Origin: Bythopirellula sp.
GTDB lineage: Bacteria > Planctomycetota > Planctomycetia > Pirellulales > Lacipirellulaceae
DNA length: 64,000 nucleotides
Assembly (NCBI GenBank): GCA_965216565.1
Contig: OZ244170.1
Span: forward strand, 448,001-512,000
Direction: 5' to 3'
Positions 59,543-64,000 of this stretch are shown piece after piece. A program made the translations under genes and the position numbers. The notes beneath the pieces are model-generated. The model was not told the DNA's origin and did no database searches. It saw only the letters and a program-made list of their open reading frames with translations. Within the stretch, counting starts at the first letter, position 1. Each line of letters begins with the position of its first letter.

Positions 59543-60025
59543 TTGAGAAAACTTATATTAGACATTGGAGGTGAAGGTCGCCACCAAGGAGTGTGGAATC
59601 TTAACCCGAGCCGCGTAAAGACGTTAGGATCGGGGCGAGGAAGGCCGATACCACTGCTCATCATAGGCCGTTCTGAAGCTATCCCCCTGTTGGATGACAG
59701 CGTTGATCTTGTGATTGTCGAGCGAACGCCTCTGAGAAGACTCACACTGGAGGAGATAAGGCGAGTAATAGGCCATCTGGGGACGGTTATTCTACGTCAT
59801 GCAGTGTCACCTCGCATTGATCCCCATCGTTTGGCGTCGCAGATATTGTCAGGACGAATGCAACAAGTGACGGTCCAAGTGGGTAATCAGTGGGTTCAGG
59901 AAACAGTTTTTTTTTTTGCGCGATGCAGCTGTATAGGAGCATGCTATTGTGCTGAACAATTCCGGCTGGATTTAAGGGTAAGACTAGTTTGCACCACAGC
60001 TTTTCCAATATTTTGCTCTTGCTGA
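59543..60025 (+). CDS. Short SAM-methyltransferase-like hypothetical protein (3' end uncertain)
   Basis: LILDIGGEG and AIPLLDDSVDLVI motifs; T11 tract near the 3' end. Confidence 0.45.
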   Translation: MRKLILDIGGEGRHQGVWNLNPSRVKTLGSGRGRPIPLLIIGRSEAIPLLDDSVDLVIVERTPLRRLTLEEIRRVIGHLGTVILRHAVSPRIDPHRLASQILSGRMQQVTVQVGNQWVQETVFFFARCSCIGACYCAEQFRLDLRVRLVCTTAFPIFCSC

Positions 60026-61335
60026 CACTGATAATTGTGGCAGCTATGTTTGCACGCCGCGTTTCGGATCGTTATGGACAGCCGGCTGTATTGGGTGAAT
60101 TGCTGCTGGGAATAGTGTTGGGTAACGTGGGCTATTGGCTTGGCCATCCACTATTTGTACTAGTCATGCACGCGGGGAGTGTCGAGACGCTGTACCAGCA
60201 GGTTTGGGGGAAATCCAGAGCCATAAACTCTGCAGGTGATGAGTCAATCGGTTATGCAATACAAGAGTTTCCTGAAGAATTAGCAGAAGTCATATCCAGT
60301 CCTCTAGCACCAGACTACGTGACAGCAGTACTTTCTCTCGCAGTCATTGCGCATCTCGGCGTGTTAGTACTACTTTTTGTGGCCGGTTTGGAATCTGAAG
60401 TTCGTAGAATGTTCCGAGTTTGGCGCTCAGCGTCCTTAGTCGCTCTGGTTGGGATGGCAGCACCTTTCGCTTTGGGATTTTCGATCTGCTATCTGTTGCA
60501 CCCAAGCATGACTATGACAGGACATCTATTCTTAGCCGCAACTCTTGCGGCCACGAGTGTAGGTATAACGGCACGAGTGTTCGCAGATCTAAAGCAACTG
60601 CATACTTCGGAGGCAGATGTCATTCTCGGAGCAGCGGTAATTGATGATATCCTGGGATTGGTGTTACTAGCGGTTGTCGTTGGAATTGCATCGACCGGTT
60701 CAATAGACCCACTAGCTATCGGCAAGACGGTTCTTATCGCGGGAATGTTCCTTGGCCTCATTTTGACTCTTGGAGAATATGCGACAACGTGGGGCGCTAA
60801 AGTTGCTATAAGGCTTGACTACCAACACAGCACGCTATTTTTTCCATTAGGGATGATGTTTTCAACTGCATGGTTCGCTGATGCTATCCAGTTGGCTCCG
60901 ATAGTGGGCGCTTTCGCGGCTGGGCTTATCATCAAGGAGAGTCAATTTCCTTCTGATTCGAAGGTGCCAACGATCGCCCATCAATTCGCCCCTATTGAAC
61001 AATTTCTCGCTCCTGTGTTTTTCCTGTTCGTTGGAATGCAAGTCAATATCGGTTATTTCTTCAATTGGTCAACGCTATTACTTGCGCTGACATTCACTAT
61101 TTCCGCAATCATCGGCAAGTTGGTCGCTGGCTTGGTAGCCAACCATGAACTGGACCGTTTGACGATAGGACTAGGTATGGTTCCGCGTGGCGAAGTCGGT
61201 CTGATATTCATCAGCGTCGGTCGCGGTTTGGGTATAGTTAGCGACTCTTTGTTTTCGGCACTAGTTGTGGTGGTCATAGTTACAACCCTAATAACTCCTC
61301 CGGCATTAAAATGGTCGTTGTCGAGAAATTCCTGA
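59989..61335 (+). CDS. CPA2-family cation:proton antiporter (NapA/KefB-like)
   Basis: GQPAVLGELL.G, ATSVGIT, GAAVIDDILG, GAFAAGL, GMVPRGEVGLIF. Confidence 0.92.
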   Translation: MHHSFSNILLLLTLIIVAAMFARRVSDRYGQPAVLGELLLGIVLGNVGYWLGHPLFVLVMHAGSVETLYQQVWGKSRAINSAGDESIGYAIQEFPEELAEVISSPLAPDYVTAVLSLAVIAHLGVLVLLFVAGLESEVRRMFRVWRSASLVALVGMAAPFALGFSICYLLHPSMTMTGHLFLAATLAATSVGITARVFADLKQLHTSEADVILGAAVIDDILGLVLLAVVVGIASTGSIDPLAIGKTVLIAGMFLGLILTLGEYATTWGAKVAIRLDYQHSTLFFPLGMMFSTAWFADAIQLAPIVGAFAAGLIIKESQFPSDSKVPTIAHQFAPIEQFLAPVFFLFVGMQVNIGYFFNWSTLLLALTFTISAIIGKLVAGLVANHELDRLTIGLGMVPRGEVGLIFISVGRGLGIVSDSLFSALVVVVIVTTLITPPALKWSLSRNS

Positions 61336-61384
61336 AATTCGAGTGCAGAGCCAACATGATAGGGTGGGCTGGAGATATGCTCCT

Positions 61385-62851
61385 ATGAGAAGCAGTGAGA
61401 ACAAAAAAACAAAACGACAGCATTTGACCGTACGAACTCAACTATTGTTGGCAGTTAATTTGCCACTAACGTTGCTCTTAGCTGTTTTTCTTGTTTACGA
61501 CTACCGCCGCGAGATTTATGAGCGTTTGGAATACAAAAGCATTGCACTAGAGGAAGAAGCAAAGACATTGCTTCCCGCTGTTCGCCAGTTCCATCGTGGC
61601 GACGTCTCTGGAATCCAGCGTTTTATCGACAATGTCTGCGGACAAATGAAGACCACGGATTCACCCGGACACCATATCGCAGTTCAACTTCCAAGCAGAA
61701 TAATACAGGCAACTTCCCATGGACTAGCATCGCCAGAGATGTTTGCTGCAATTCGAAACGCTGCAGAATCACCTCATGACCGCAATCCGCATGAAAATGC
61801 GGCTTTAATCGTTGGTATGGCTAAAAGCAAGGGAATAAATGTGTACGTGGCTGAGTCATTACTTGATGTGCAGGAATCCATTCGCGCTGCATCATTAAGG
61901 CGATTGACAGGACTTGTCATTGCGTTTCTCGCGGCAGCCATTCTCGTCAACTTCGTGCTAGTGCGCACTGTGACGAATCCCATCAATCAACTGGTGACAA
62001 CAGTCCAACGAATCGGCAAAGGTCAGCTTGGGGTCCTGTCAGAATCGTTCGGGAGTTCTGAATTAGACTATCTCTCAAGTGAGATCGATGCCATGAGCTT
62101 ATCGCTGGCAGCAGCTGAGCGAGATCGCAAAACACAAATGGCTAAGGCACGTGAAATTCAATACTCTTTACTCCCAGGAGAGTTGCAGATTCCAGGACTT
62201 CATGTTTCTCGTCTCTTTGAGCCCGCTGAAGATGTTGGTGGAGATTTCTACGATATATTGCCTATGCAAGACGACTCGTGGCTTATCTGCATTGCCGATG
62301 TTACAGGTCATGGAATTCCCGCCGCTATGAGTGCGGCAATGTTAAAGACGTTATTGTTGCAAGCAGTGGAGACTCACGTCACACCAGCGGAATTGCTCGA
62401 TGTCATCAATCGGCGCTTTGTTGCGGTTAGCCTTGATGGCGACTTTGTGTCAATGATCCTTCTGCGGATCAAGCCACAGTCAGACCATCTTCAATACGCC
62501 AGTGCAGGACACGAGCCTGGGTGGATCATTTCCACCAATGGAAAATTGCGAGAGCTATCATCAACAGGCCTACTGCTAGGGATCGACGAAGAAGCTGCCT
62601 GGGAGCAGGTGGTCGTCGAGACAGCCTTAGGCGACCGGCTTGCAATAATGACTGACGGACTAAGCGAGACCCTTAGTCCCGAAGATGAAATGTTTGGTCG
62701 AAAGCGACTTATCGGACTATTTGAGCAAACCCGAGAGTCATCGCTAGAACAATCTGTATCAGTGCTCAGAGAAGCTCTTCGAGATTTTCGCGGTGACACA
62801 CCACAGCTTGACGACATAACTGCTGTACTACTTGAATTCAAAGAAAGTTGA
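61385..62851 (+). CDS. Membrane sensor PP2C (SpoIIE/RsbU-like) phosphatase with HAMP domain
   Basis: Two TM, HAMP, AREIQ..LLP, VGGDFYD, ADVTGHG, SAGHEP, TDGL.E, DDIT. Confidence 0.9.
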   Translation: MRSSENKKTKRQHLTVRTQLLLAVNLPLTLLLAVFLVYDYRREIYERLEYKSIALEEEAKTLLPAVRQFHRGDVSGIQRFIDNVCGQMKTTDSPGHHIAVQLPSRIIQATSHGLASPEMFAAIRNAAESPHDRNPHENAALIVGMAKSKGINVYVAESLLDVQESIRAASLRRLTGLVIAFLAAAILVNFVLVRTVTNPINQLVTTVQRIGKGQLGVLSESFGSSELDYLSSEIDAMSLSLAAAERDRKTQMAKAREIQYSLLPGELQIPGLHVSRLFEPAEDVGGDFYDILPMQDDSWLICIADVTGHGIPAAMSAAMLKTLLLQAVETHVTPAELLDVINRRFVAVSLDGDFVSMILLRIKPQSDHLQYASAGHEPGWIISTNGKLRELSSTGLLLGIDEEAAWEQVVVETALGDRLAIMTDGLSETLSPEDEMFGRKRLIGLFEQTRESSLEQSVSVLREALRDFRGDTPQLDDITAVLLEFKES

Positions 62852-63055
62852 TCAAAAATTATATGGCATCGAGGATTGAGGGTGGATAACTTTATCAGAA
62901 AGCACCATCTAGTACGTTGCCATAGGCTCGAGTTGGAGCTGATGGCCCAAATTTGCTGCCACAGCAAATATTGTTGACGTGTATTCCACGATGAATCAAA
63001 ATAGTGGGTTGCTGTGCGACATCTGTGTCCAATCGCCATCAAGCAGGAAGATCGC

Positions 63056-64000
63056 ATGAACAATTGTTACTGCAATATTGTCCTGTTGCTTGTCTTTGCC
63101 GTGGCGCCCGCGCCCGTAGCACTCGCGTTTAATGTCTTTCCCTACCTCTCTGGCGAGGGAGAGACCATCTATCAGAAATGGGGCGACCCCAATGCAAGTA
63201 CTCCAGGTGGGGTGATTGAGTGGAGCATTATTCCGGATGGAACGGGTGTCCTGCCGACTTACCCAGATGCGAACTTAACCGGGACAAGTCAAATGGAATC
63301 GATCATGAATGGATTGGGGTATAACGAAGCGTTCGCGGCCATCGAACGCGCGCTCGATCAGTGGTCTTCAGTAGCAAACATCGATTTTGTGCATGTCACT
63401 GATTCGGGGTTACCTCTCGACGATCCAGCGGCGAACCCTCCAGCCTCGGGAAGAATACGTATTGGGGCTTATCCAATTGATGCTGGCATCGGTGCTGAAG
63501 CCTGGGCGCCCTGGCCGTTCGCTGGAACGTACGAAGGAGATGTTCTTTTCAACGCCAATAATACGTTCTACTTTTCGCCGGGCAATGAAGGAGATCTGAT
63601 TCCCATTTTCAATGACTTTGAAAGCCTCATGCTACATGAGTTGGGGCACGCAATTGGATTGGCCCATTCCGATGTTTGCTCTGTGATGTCAGTCGATTTT
63701 GAGTGCTTTAAGTTCATCAATCGTCAACTCGACCCAGACGACATTGCAGGCGCACAATTCCTCTACGGTCCGGCAATCCAAGCAGCCGACTTCGACGAGG
63801 ATGGTGACGTGGACGGCAGTGACCTTGCGAAGTGGGAAACGGGATACGGCATGGCCAGTGGTGCAGCACATATGGACGGCGACGCCGATGAAGACCTTGA
63901 TGTCGACGGCTTAGATTTTCTCATATGGCAACGGCAGTTCACCGGTGATCTTTCACTACCAGCCTCGACCGCTGTCCCTGAGCCGTCAAGCGCAATATTG
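63056..64000 (+). CDS. Matrixin-family zinc metalloprotease with dockerin-like repeat and PEP-CTERM-like tail (runs off right edge)
   Basis: Manual translation from ATG 63056: signal peptide, HELGHAIGLAHS + SVM Met-turn, ADFDEDGDVDGSDLAKW..DVDGLDFLIWQRQF..AVPEPSSAIL. Confidence 0.88.
   Translation, partial: MNNCYCNIVLLLVFAVAPAPVALAFNVFPYLSGEGETIYQKWGDPNASTPGGVIEWSIIPDGTGVLPTYPDANLTGTSQMESIMNGLGYNEAFAAIERALDQWSSVANIDFVHVTDSGLPLDDPAANPPASGRIRIGAYPIDAGIGAEAWAPWPFAGTYEGDVLFNANNTFYFSPGNEGDLIPIFNDFESLMLHELGHAIGLAHSDVCSVMSVDFECFKFINRQLDPDDIAGAQFLYGPAIQAADFDEDGDVDGSDLAKWETGYGMASGAAHMDGDADEDLDVDGLDFLIWQRQFTGDLSLPASTAVPEPSSAIL

Noticed and set aside
1..64000. CRISPR arrays, tRNA/rRNA, integrase or att sites
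   Set aside because: None seen. Repeats found are coding His/Met tracts or single hairpins, and island boundaries are not visible in the window.

Overview
This window is a ~60-kb heavy-metal homeostasis/resistance island, very probably from a planctomycete. The last gene ends in a dockerin-like 'DFDxDGDVDGxD..W' repeat plus a VPEP (PEP-CTERM-like) tail typical of Lacipirellulaceae/Bythopirellula-like organisms. Transport genes: three heavy-metal RND pumps with adaptors (two CzcA-like, one CusA/CusB), a P1B ATPase (CadA/ZntA), and two MacB/FtsX-type ABC systems (one with adaptor and TolC). Regulators: MntR and a MerR-family protein, both with visible operators, and an ECF sigma/anti-sigma pair. 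Other content: many His/Cys/Met-rich exported proteins, an IS3 element with IRs and a 3-bp target duplication, and a GDH-FAD/[2Fe-2S] reductase-membrane heme-heptaheme cytochrome operon. The most striking unexplained structure is five short, mutually divergent Cys/His-rich ORFs, each heading a different operon. They share an N-terminal hydrophobic segment, a Cys cluster 65-69 residues before the stop, a C-terminal (R/C)xxxC(R/V)F(L/Q)(L/I)-stop motif (degenerate in one copy) and a 156-181-nt structured spacer. In each, sequence at the stop codon is complementary to the RBS/start of the next gene. This suggests a family of metal-sensing ribosome-arrest leader peptides, analogous to but distinct from SecM/MifM/CruR/CutF. 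That mechanism is inferred, not shown. All calls come from reading motifs by eye; no searches were run.
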